Below the pieces are notes generated by a model. It did not search any database and was not told where the DNA came from. It worked only from the letters and a program-made list of their open reading frames with translations. From Octopus vulgaris (taxonomy: Eukaryota): DNA of 64,000 nucleotides. This document shows, one piece after another, positions 44,300 to 55,886 of the stretch. A program made the position numbers and the translations under genes. The stretch covers positions 66,402,001-66,466,000 of the forward strand of contig OX597818.1 of NCBI GenBank assembly GCA_951406725.2, given 5' to 3'. Each line of letters begins with the position of its first letter. Positions within the stretch are counted from its first letter, which is position 1.

Positions 44300-44468
44300 T
44301 GTTGCTCTTGTCATAGACTTTGTCCTGTCTCCTGTTCCTGAAGAACAGCTGTGCTCGAAACATAAAACCACCTTTCTGTCTTTCCCTCAGCGTCTGCTTA
44401 TACTTAGCATGATTCCCGTCCTAGCGTTCTTGCTTCTCTTGTTTGTTCATCGTTGTTTTGATTTTATA
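44300..44468 (+). mobile_element. Penelope-like pLTR remnant with hammerhead core
   Basis: CTGAAGA (44338-44344)..GCTC-GAAACATA-AAAC, followed by a pyrimidine-rich terminus like 18180-18272. Confidence 0.55.
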
Positions 44469-44747
44469 TATACATACACGAATACAGATGATTATACATA
44501 AACAAAGTCACATAAATACATGTAGGATATTTAAAATTTCACCTTTTCATTCCTTCCAGAATTCTTATTTTTCATTTCATTTCAAATATTTAATTTTTAT
44601 TCTCTAATCGCACGAATTTATATATATATATATATTTATACTTGTTCAATATATTTTAATATATTTATGTACTAATGCTTACATCCATTTAACTTTCACC
44701 GTATCATTTATCATATATAATTTTAATAAATGTATTAATTCATTTAA

Positions 44748-45125
44748 TTCGCCCATGCTGGAGTACCGCCAGGCGTCGAGCAAATCGATCCCAAGTCTTA
44801 TTCTTTGTAAGCCCATCGGTGTCTTTGTCGAACCTCTAAGATACGGTGACGTAAACACACAAGCATCGGATGTCAAGCGATGTTGGGGAGACAAAGACAG
44901 ACACACAAACATATACACACACTTACACACACACACACACACACACATATGAATATATATACGACGGGATTCTTTCAGTTTCCGTGTGCCAAATCAATCT
45001 CACAAGTCTTTGAACTGCCCGAGGCTTTAGTAAAAGACACTTGCCCAAGATTCCACGCAGTGGCACTGAACCCGGGCCCATGTTGTTAGTAAGCAAGCTA
45101 CATACCACATAGCCACACCTGCGCC
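44748..45125 (-). mobile_element. SINE family A
   Basis: Reverse-complement match to 61372-61770. Confidence 0.88.
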
Positions 45126-46314
45126 TATACACTGCCACGTTATGTATTTATATATATGTCTGAATTTTTAATATATCTATATATTTATATATTTTAAATG
45201 TATCTATGTATTTTAAAGTATTCTCTATAATAATAAACTCTGTGCTTCTGGTGATGCATCTATATCAATTCTATTGACGAAAGCGAGTTGGATTATTGTT
45301 TGTGGACTGAGTTATCTGGTGTTATTCTCACTTGTATATTTATCATATGTCTCATGTCTGAATTACCTGAGCACATCTAAGTGCACACTTTAATCTGATG
45401 TAAAATAGGAGTTTATCTTGTTTTCTTTCAATAATATAACGATATATGTTTCTGTGCTTGTGCGTATGTGTGGGATATTTTATGTGTGTATGTGTGTTTG
45501 TGCGTGTGTGTATGTATACATATCAAAAACGAAGACAGATTTAAAATCTGAAGAAGAAGAAGGAAAAAAAGGAAAAGAAGAAGAAAAAGAAGAAGAAGAA
45601 AATGAAGAAGAAAAGGGAGAAGAAGGAAAAGAAGAAGAAAGGGGAGAAGAAGAAGGAAAAGAAGAAGAAAAAGAAAAAAGAAGGAAAAGAAGAAGAAAAA
45701 GTAGAAGATACAAAAAAACAATGTGATACGCTACAAAAACAAGCAAACAAAATAGCAAACAAATCTACACCAATATATTCAATTGTAGACAAAAGGACAT
45801 AGTAAAAGCCAATTCCTTTTGTTTTAATATTTCTTCTAAAGTGGAATAAGTTTGTAAAAATATTTGATGAGACATAGACGGAAATGGAGAATAGCAGAAA
45901 ACGGAGTGAATAAGACAGAATTTCTATCGCTCCAAAGCCATATATTCTCACAAAAGTGAAGTTCTCTTTAAAAATGTTAATAAGTGGATGCTGCAGTCCA
46001 ATATTTGATAAAACAGAAAAGTAAGGAAGGAAAATGAATGCCTGTATCTACAAAGGCAAATGTTATAGTTTCTATAATGGGAAGTCTACACAGATATGAG
46101 ACAACTAAAAGAAACCGATATGGACCACTATGTTAGGAATGATACGCAATAGCTTATAGGGTGGTTACCGGAATTTTTTAGGCAGGGATTCACAATCAGC
46201 GCCCTGGAAATGTTATCCATCATTTATGTATAACTATAACGATATATATATATTTGTAAGTATGTGTGTGTGTGTGTGTGTGTGTGTGTTTGTGTGTGTG
46301 TATGCATATATATT

Positions 46315-46356
<42 letters not shown>

Positions 46357-46425
46357 TATATGCATATATATATGTTTTTTTAAACTTATTACGCAAAAAT
46401 ATATCTATCTATATATATATATATA

Positions 46426-47002
<577 letters not shown>

Positions 47003-47021
47003 TAATGACGTCGCAACTCGC

Positions 47022-47152
47022 GTCTACCGCTAAGTGAACAGGAGCAACGTGAAATAAATCGTTTTGCTCAAGAAGACACACATTCCGGTCCGGGAAGCGA
47101 ACTCACTATATGAAGATTGTGTGTCTGACGCTCTAACCACTGAGCCAAGCTC
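47022..47152 (-). mobile_element. tRNA-derived SINE head, third family
   Basis: rc TGGCTCAGTGGTTAGAGCG (A-box)..GAGTTCGCTTCCC (B-box), then TGTCTTCTTGAGCAAAAC. Confidence 0.7.
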
Positions 47153-47195
47153 CGTCATACACACGCACACACACAGACAGACAGACACACACACA

Positions 47196-47256
<61 letters not shown>

Positions 47257-47779
47257 GATATATATATATATATATATATATATGATCATTATGTGCGGTG
47301 AACTGGCAGAATGCTCCGTACATATATTCTTAGTTCAAATTCTGCTCTTTGTTGCAACTCACCCTTGTGAAATCGATAAAAGTTTAAGAATTGACCTCGA
47401 CGTAATTGACTTTCCCCCACTTCCACGAAATTACTGGCTTTCTACCAGAATTTGAAACCAAAACATAGATTCTTTCAGTTGCCTAAAGATTTTGGTAGTC
47501 ACAAACCATTTAAATGTGATTATATAAATGATGTTATGTGATATAGATGAATGTTGTCACTTGATTCCTTTTATCTACCATTTCTTGTTTACTATTCATC
47601 CTCCTACGCAAACTCTTTTAATCGACACGTTTTCTTGCGCCAGTAACCAAAGGGAATATACATGAGCGACTTCAAAATCTACGCTTCAGATTATGTACAG
47701 TTATGAATACTACATCTTATCCATTTACTAAACTATGCCATTGCAGGCACTGTTTAGAAACTTGTGTTGTCTTACTCAA

Positions 47780-48098
47780 GAGCGCAGCCATGTTGGAGCA
47801 ATGCCTGGAAGAATTTATAGTTTTGCTTATCCACATACATATTCCATCGTCAACTGTTGCCGAACCGTTCTCTTATGGGGAAATAAACGCACAAACGCGG
47901 GTAGCCAAGCGGTGACGGGTGAATATATCAAACATAACAAACGACGGTTTTCATTCAGTTTCTCTCTACCAAATCCACTAACGAGGTTTTCGTAGGCTCG
48001 AGGCGATAGTAGAAACCACTGCCCTAAGTTTCCACGCTGTGATATTGAACCCAAAACGAGGTGGTTCTGAAGCAAAGTTCTTCCCACGCAGCCACTAA
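47780..48098 (-). mobile_element. SINE family A, diverged
   Basis: GCAGCCATGTTGGAGCA, GCCGAACCG and ACCAAATCCACT blocks. Confidence 0.75.
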
Positions 48099-48704
48099 CT
48101 TGTGAAAGAACTACATTTAAGTGAATCACCTTAACAACCAATATACACATGCCTAATAATCTCGAACTAGAGAGAAGAGAATAAACAAATAAATATATAT
48201 ATAATAGACACATTACTATAATACTGTAAAAGGATTTGGATATAGATATAAAACAAAAACCAATAGTATTCCAGATGTCGCATTAATAGATTTTCGCTTT
48301 AATATTCCCAAATGGCCGCTAAATAAACTAGGATGTCTAGACAAAGGAAACAAAATACAGGAAAAAGAGAACCAACTTTCAAAATACTCTAAATAAAACA
48401 TGGCAAGTAAATATATATTTAATATGAATATAGAAAAAGATGTGAGTAATGAAAGTAAGGGTATGTTTTGATGTTATGAGTTCAAGTAATGCATAAAGAC
48501 GAAAATTTAATAATTGAAAATCAATGCAATCACAGAAACTTCTAACATTCCAAAGAAAATCAAAGGTCTCTACCTTTAGTGAGAGCAACAAGAGACTTTG
48601 ATTTAAAAACGCATTTTAAACAAGAAGGTAATAAACTGTGCTGAGACACGTTTAGTTATATTTTGGTAAACCACTTGCTCTTTTCAAGTTACAGTAACAG
48701 CAGC

Positions 48705-49030
48705 CGTGCATTCTAAGTTGGGTTCATCATGTTGCACTGCCTGGAGCCACCTTCTAGTTCTGGTTCTATGATCTCATGCTAATACCAGATATTTTCCTTC
48801 GAGGCGAAAAGCTCCATCACTGAATCTGCTATATCTTCCTGGCAAAAGAAGAGTCGGGAGCGCACGCAGTTTGCCATGAAGAAATAATAATCGGTGGAAG
48901 ATATTTTTCCGGATTCCTCACGTGCATAAGCAGTGGATATGTAAGGCCCGGCGTTTGGAACATGTCGCGAATCATGGGCGTTTGGAACACAAGATGATAC
49001 ACTGTATCTGGTGATATCATGAGAAGACAA
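48705..49030 (-). pseudogene. Mariner transposase C-terminal fragment
   Basis: NAGPYI..STDYYFFMANCVRSRLF..ELFASKENIWY..RRWLQAVQHDE. Confidence 0.75.
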
Positions 49031-49039
49031 TTCAGTACG

Positions 49040-49412
49040 ATTTCATTCCTAACGGCCAAACTATTGAGCCACCTTGTACTCTAAGTAGCTGAAGATGATG
49101 TACGCCACTGTGCCGGAAAAATAGCTGGCATCAACATAAAATTAGTTCTACTGTAGCTAGAAAACGCAATGTTTCCTACCACTCCAGGAACTTGAGAGAA
49201 TCCAACTGTTAGTATATAGTGGGGACTGTGTTCATTCAGATTACTATTTGTTCCGATCCAAGTCCTATTTCCAGATGTTGCAACGTTTTATGAAGCAAGA
49301 GGACGTTGAATCTTTAGTGAACGAGGTCTTCGTCTCTAAAGACGAGATCAAAGAACTGACAAAAAGGTGGCTTCAAGTGGTGCAACACGATGGCCTCTAC
49401 TTTGAATGCTGT
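49040..49412 (+). pseudogene. Mariner transposase C-terminal fragment
   Basis: QELERIQLLVYSGDCVHSDYYLFRS..EDVESLVNEVFVSKD..KRWLQVVQHDGLYFE. Confidence 0.8.
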
Positions 49413-51727
49413 GATGCATATTAAAAATATTATGAAACTTTTGAATCAAAACTAATAAAAATATGACCGAAAGCTGAGATTTAATCTAAAGTATTAGCCA
49501 GAGCATGACATTTAAATTTGGATGTTAGATTATTCCTCACATTACAACAATTATGTTTTATAACTGGACGTGTTTCAAATATACAAAAGAAAAGACAACA
49601 TTTGATGTGAGTTGGTATGTGCAGTTGATATCAATGAAATACTGCAATTTCCAGTTAATTAGATGCCCTAACCAGGTGGGGCTATTCAGTTAGACATAGC
49701 TTTGACCAATCTTTGGTCGAAACGTGTCTATGGTATTTAATATTTGTTTTGACAGATCAGAAATCATCGAAGATAACCCGTTGATTGTTTTCTTCATCCG
49801 TTTGCTACCTCCGCTGCATAACATGAGAAAACCTGTTCCTGGTCTGCTATGCGTTGCTATTCGGAAAATATACAACCACAAAGAAAATTGTTATAAAGGA
49901 ATGTGAATAGTGTACAGAAATTTTAGCTAGAATTTTCCGGCAATGGAAGATATTATTTGATGATTAATAAAAACATTATTCAAAGCAAATCAGAATGGAA
50001 CACCATAACAGGTCTAGAAAGTATTATATGGAAAACATTAATCGAAACAGTGAGTAAAATATTACTTTAATGAAAAGATTAGGAAACCGTAATTGAGAAC
50101 AAAAGCAGACAAGAGCCGAAAATTACAGATGCGACAAATGTATAGAAGCTCAAAGTAAGATACTAACGTCAAGATGGTTAATGAGACTTTATCTAATTAT
50201 CTTTCATTAAGTGACTGGCTTTCCGGTCATAGAAATGTCAATGACTACGAAGACTGTAGCTAAAACAGCCATGTGTACAATGTTTTCGGTCGATGCCACG
50301 TCTTCGGAAATGTTATAATGTGGCTTTATATGAGACTTTAGGAATTAGAGAAAATATGACAGCAATCTGAGAATCTTCTACTACACTATGTGACTATCTG
50401 AAGCTTAAGATTTCACGTATATCCTCCAACCTCTAGAAAACTCTAACAAATTGAAGAAGGATTGTTGATGTATTGTTTCAGCCATTATGGTATTTTTACT
50501 TCAATCACATCCGGTAAAACGTGAAAAACTAGTCTTGATCCATAACTATTGAATGCAAATAGTGATAGGGACACATCTTCACACGTCTGTAAACAACCAT
50601 GAACAAATATACATTCAAAGCGTAGACTTGCTTGTCACACACCCCAGGTAAGTGTCAAAAGAGTTGCCAAACAATTGAACATGACGTTGAGTTTACAATT
50701 TGTATTACAGCCAATCAAAATATACATTATACCGCTTAGACCATCGTCTTAAGTCTCACCAAACGACTTCACGCACTCTCATCTTCCTATATCAAAACTA
50801 CCGTCACCACAGACACATAACACCGATCATGCGCAAGTGTTTTTGTATTCTTTTGAAAAGCAATCAACAACGACAAAATTAACACACGTCATATTTCCCG
50901 TTCCTTAAACGACGATCACACGAAACACAAACACAGGAACAGCAACGACAAAATAAAATATGTGACCTTTTATTATATACAAAGTTTCGCAATTGACATG
51001 AAAAATGAATTTACGATATTGAATATGATAAGAGAAAATAATTAAGTTAATAAACATTACTATGGTAGACGTCTCATAAATGCAAAGAAACATAAAACAA
51101 CAAATATTCAATTTAATATTAAAGAAAGAAAAAAATACAGACATAAAGAATATTTCACTCAGAAATCCCTAAAATACGTGTCAGCAACTTCAGAGTATGA
51201 TAAATAAACTTTCCATTCGTTCGTTCAATGCAACCCGAATATCAGCGACCTAACTATTTTGACAAATTCTGAGTTGTTCATCACCTTAGAGGTAACTAAG
51301 TATAAACTTGATTCTTCTCAGATCAACGAAAGGGAATAGAAATAATGTACATTTTTAGGAAAAAGAAAGTGTGGTCCCGCTCGCTCAAGAGGTGTTTGGA
51401 TAATGATTGTTTAATAAAGTTGAACGAAACACTCTTATTTCCAGAAGTGAAATTTTCAAACCCAAAAATAATTCCTCTCAAGACATTGCTATGATGCTCC
51501 TCCTCTACCAATGCTCTTGATCACGGATGCTCTTATCGTCAGCCAAATAAGGACATGCTCAAATAGTTAAGGTCAAACGACTGACAAACGAATCTGTAAT
51601 ATTGAGCAGAAGATTTGCTGTAGTCTATTTTTTCAACCAAGACAAAACACATACATGATAACACTCAAATCACTTGAGATTAGAAGCCATGAGAGTTAGT
51701 ATCTGTAATTGCATCACATCATCATCA

Positions 51728-51762
<35 letters not shown>

Positions 51763-51879
51763 GTTGTTATTGTTTTTGTTGTTGTTGTTGTTATCATTAT
51801 TAATATCATATTCCGATTGAATTGCATTTGATCTGAACTTCTAACGAAGTCTCAACCATAGCCCTAAGACACATATACA

Positions 51880-52450
51880 TTACATTGAGAGAAAATTCCC
51901 GACAATGTGGATTATTGACTGCAAAACAATGATTTGAACTTCATAGATAGTCGTTTTCCCGGGGATCTGGTCAAAAAATGCTGCCTATCTTTGTTATTCC
52001 CAGGAAACCTCCAACAACAGGGGTGCATTTGGTTTTTAATTGCCATGTCCTAGACATCTCAATCTCAAGATCCTTATATTTTAAGCTTTTAAATTCTTTT
52101 GCTGAAATGTTTCCTTCAAGAGGTACTGTTATATCAATTAATAGGCATATTTTTGGATTTTTTAATCTCTGAAGACGATGTCTGGCGTGTTATCATGTTT
52201 TGCTTCCTTCTATATATTCCGTAATTCCATTGGAAGTTAACATTCTCTCTTTCAGTGATTTCCTCTGGATGATGGTCATACCAGTTCTTAGAGCGCAGGA
52301 TACCATTTTGACGCCATATTATCCAATGCAAGAATTGGCCAACTCGACGATGCCTGGTTCCATGTTCTTCAGGGGCAAGGATTTAGTCACCGGCAACAAT
52401 GTGGTTAATACTCTCTGGTTGTCAATTAATATCAGCTTCACTAAATAAAC
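51880..52450 (-). pseudogene. R4/Dong LINE RLE-domain fragment
   Basis: ESINHIVAG..RHRRVGQFLHW..NWYDHHPE..PDIVF..LIDITVP..KYKDLEIEMSRTWQLKT; TTA array downstream at ~51730-51800. Confidence 0.85.
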
Positions 52451-52786
52451 ATTTCAATACCGGTGTTATGTTATGGACTATTTTATCTTTCCGTATCAGT
52501 GATAAATTATATATTTTAAAAAGTTTGCTGTAATTGCGCCTAAAGAAAGGTCGAAACCTATTTGTATAGGTGTTCGGAAGAATGTTTGTTTATTGAGTTG
52601 AGGCTGAATATATATCTAGAATTAACATCTTTAGAAATTATCACGGATCAATTTTGGAGGTGATTAAACAAAGCCAGCATGAAAACAGTCTGCCACAGAA
52701 AGTATGACTATCAACAAAATTATTTCAGGCCATATCAAACGGCATTGAAGATAATGAATTATTTTTTAAAAAAACGATAAAGTAGT

Positions 52787-53258
52787 AGAGTGGTTGTATA
52801 CTGTCAACTTAATGTGACAGTCCCGTATGGGAATTGCACCACCGCTGTTTAGCCCTAGGAAGCCTCGAACGCTTCCTGTCGGCTTTGACACATTTTCTGT
52901 GTCCTTATATTTGTGAAGGGGAGGCACGCACCCCTACCAGCCAAGATTCACACCTGAGGACATGCATGTTTCTGGGTCTTAACCCGTCATCAGCCCAGGA
53001 TAGTGAGATCTGCTGATTGAGGTGCATGTCCAGCCTTCACAAATATATATATTTACAGCGAAATCTATTCACTGATCACCGTAATCAGAAATATTAAATT
53101 TCTAAATGTCTCAAAGAGACATGAGTGGTGGTGGAGTGAGAGAGTGGTTGTATACTGTCAACTTAACGTTACAGTCCCGTATGGGAATTACACCACCGCT
53201 GTTTAGCCCTAGGAAGCATCGAACGCTTCCTGTCTGCTTCGACCCATTGTGTCCTTAT
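52787..53258 (-). mobile_element. Retrozyme-like ~1.3-mer repeat (354-bp period)
   Basis: Direct repeats 52787-52908 and 53141-53258 flanking a hammerhead; no meaningful ORF; many hairpins. Confidence 0.7.
52944..53011 (-). ncRNA. Type I hammerhead ribozyme
   Basis: rc: CCTGGG-CTGATGA-C GGGT TAAG ACCC A-GAA-ACATGCATGT-C-CTCAGG; stem I extends via TCAC/GTGA and AGAT/ATCT; GUC cleavage predicted between 52959 and 52958. Confidence 0.82.
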
Positions 53259-53270
53259 GTATATGTGTAC

Positions 53271-53332
<62 letters not shown>

Positions 53333-54494
53333 ATGTATGTATACAGACATATAAGTACACAATCATACACACATGCTGTATATAGTTATATGTAAACTAA
53401 TATATAGGAGTGTATGTATCTATTTGCTCCATAGTATATGTACGCCAACTCGAAACGTCAGTGATATTAAATATAATTTGATATATATTGTCCCAGAAAA
53501 TTATTGTATTGCAGAATCTTTGGTATGGCAGTAATGTGTGCAATGCAAACTGACTTTAAACAGTGCAATAAAAACGATATATGTGTGCGTGTGTGTGCGT
53601 CTTTGTATGTATATATGTATGTATATATGTAAATGTACATGTATGTGTATGTTCCTGTGTTGTGTGGGAGGGTGTGCTGTGAAAACAATTGGAATCTCTT
53701 CAAATCTATTGAAATCAAAAGATGTCACATAACTATTTCACCAAATCTATTTTTATGGTTAATTGATTCAGTGCTAAAATATTGATTTTTTTATTGTTAA
53801 ATAGTGACAAGGTATCCAATTACTCTTAATTAGTAAGTATAGACTTGTTTCCATTTAGAAATACTACAGCCAATCTCTATATAATGATAGCCTTTATATG
53901 TGTTGGCTGGTTGTTTTTTCTTTTCCTTTTTTTTTGGTGTGGGGAGGGTCGCTGTTTATAGGGAACAGTGGAAGTGAAAAATGAAATAAAAACACAGAGA
54001 AAGACAGAACGAAATGTCCAGGATGAATGCACCTAATGTGCTCAGTATGAAAGATGGTGGCAGATAAAGATAGAGAGAAAGAGAGGGATGCTCGGTTAGG
54101 CGCCCGTTCTTCTATTTTGATTCTTATAATATTCTCATTGAAAAAATGAACTCTTTATTTGAAAATTTGCAGAAAGCTATTTTCGATGGGTCGTCATCGG
54201 CTGCATTTAAAGCGATTAAAAAAAAACATACTCTTTGCAAAAACACAAATCAAAAATAAATTATTTTCATCTAATTCTATTTTAAGGTAATAACAATTAA
54301 TTTCATTATCTTATATAAACACCAAAGTATTTGATAAATAGTTATAATTTAAGTATTTGCATATTTATTTGTATTCAGTAAACCAAAAGGAAAAAAAAAA
54401 ACATTTCTTAATATAAAAAGTGAAATTATTTCAGTGTTCGTTGGCAACATTTCTCACATTATATTCTTTAACAGGATCTATATTGGTTATAGTT

Positions 54495-54784
54495 CCGTGC
54501 TTCTCAAACTATTTCATATGGCGTACCAGTAGGTTCTTTTTCCAATGTTCTAGGGACCGGTAATATTAATTTATACGGGAAATATATATATAATGAATAT
54601 AGTAAAAGTTGACAATTTACTTTGCCTTATATTTCTTTTGTAAACAATTAATACAATATTACATAAGTATTTTATAAGCATATCTCAATGTTTCTTTCTT
54701 TTCTGGAAACTCGCTGCGTCGTACCGGCAACTGATGTCTCGCTGACTGGCACCGGTCTGCGGGCCACCACTTTGAATTGTACCT
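54495..54784. mobile_element. hAT (Charlie-like) MITE, diverged
   Basis: Left end CCGTGCTTCTCAAACT, right end CCACTTTGAATTGTAC, GC-rich subterminal xxACCGG motifs. Confidence 0.5.
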
Positions 54785-55497
54785 ATCTACAGCATATTAT
54801 TCATTTCTTATTTTCATGCAAGAAAAATGCATCCCGCTCCGTCTCCCAATAGTCCTACTTGAGTACCCATCAAGCTATGTGCTATAGAATAAAGCTATTT
54901 TGTGCTTATATATACCTAACATAGCTCTGGTACTCAATCTATGTATATGCGAGCAAGATGAACATCTAAAATACAGTTCAGAGTGAAGAAAGGAATATAC
55001 AGTAAAAAGAATATGATTTAATATCCATCATCGCAGAAAGTAAGGGAGGCAACACAGCGCAAATGCTGAATTCGCTGCCTTAAGCATCTACAAACAGGTC
55101 TTTCGCAACCGGGATGCATACAACTGCATGCAGAAAATGACTGCAATGTCGATATTACAGTATACTTCATTTGTAAGTAGCACAAATACGAAATTTGGAG
55201 TTTAAGCAGGGTTGAATGTAACAGAATATTGTTTTTTCCACAGATTAGTATTTATCTCTTAGTAGTATTTAGAAGGGCTACAAATAATGCGCGAATTATT
55301 TTGAAAAATCTCGGATAACCAGTAAGAATTTTTTAATATTTCATCTGAAATTATAAACATTCAAAATTAGAACTACTGCTTGATGAAAAATGATTAACAA
55401 ATATAAATATATAAACAATTCATTATATGTAGTATGCAATATAACTCAGAATAGACGCTGAATTAGAATGGTAAACTCTCAGTTATTTTATTTCATA

Positions 55498-55886
55498 CTA
55501 GCAGTATCGCCCGGCGTTGCTCGGCTTTGTAAGGGAAATAACTATATAAGCATTTTTAGAGATGTAAAGTATAATAGCCATCTCAATATGGCTAACAACA
55601 AAGGGGGAGGGGTGTTACTGTAGCTTTTTATGTTCTGAGATTTAATAATTAATTTTTAGAGAGTTACTTCCCTTATATATGCCAAAAATGCATTAAAACT
55701 GTATGGTAATTTTTTTTTTAATCGTAGACTCATCGTAGTCGCGTGCTAATATCCAGAAGGGCTTGATATGAATCACGACTCTAAGATACCCGGTTTTAGC
55801 TAAACTGCACCGCAAAATGTGGGAGTAGTTAGGAATCTAAATCGTAGGAGACAGACAGCACACAACCTCTCTTTTATATATAAAGA
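55498..55886 (-). mobile_element. Non-autonomous Helitron
   Basis: Reverse complement begins A|TC and ends hairpin + CTAG|T; colinear with 480-852. Confidence 0.87.

Noticed and set aside
47070-47152. tRNA gene (also 61372-61445)
   Set aside because: A/B boxes are present but no clean cloverleaf forms, and the sequence continues into a SINE body
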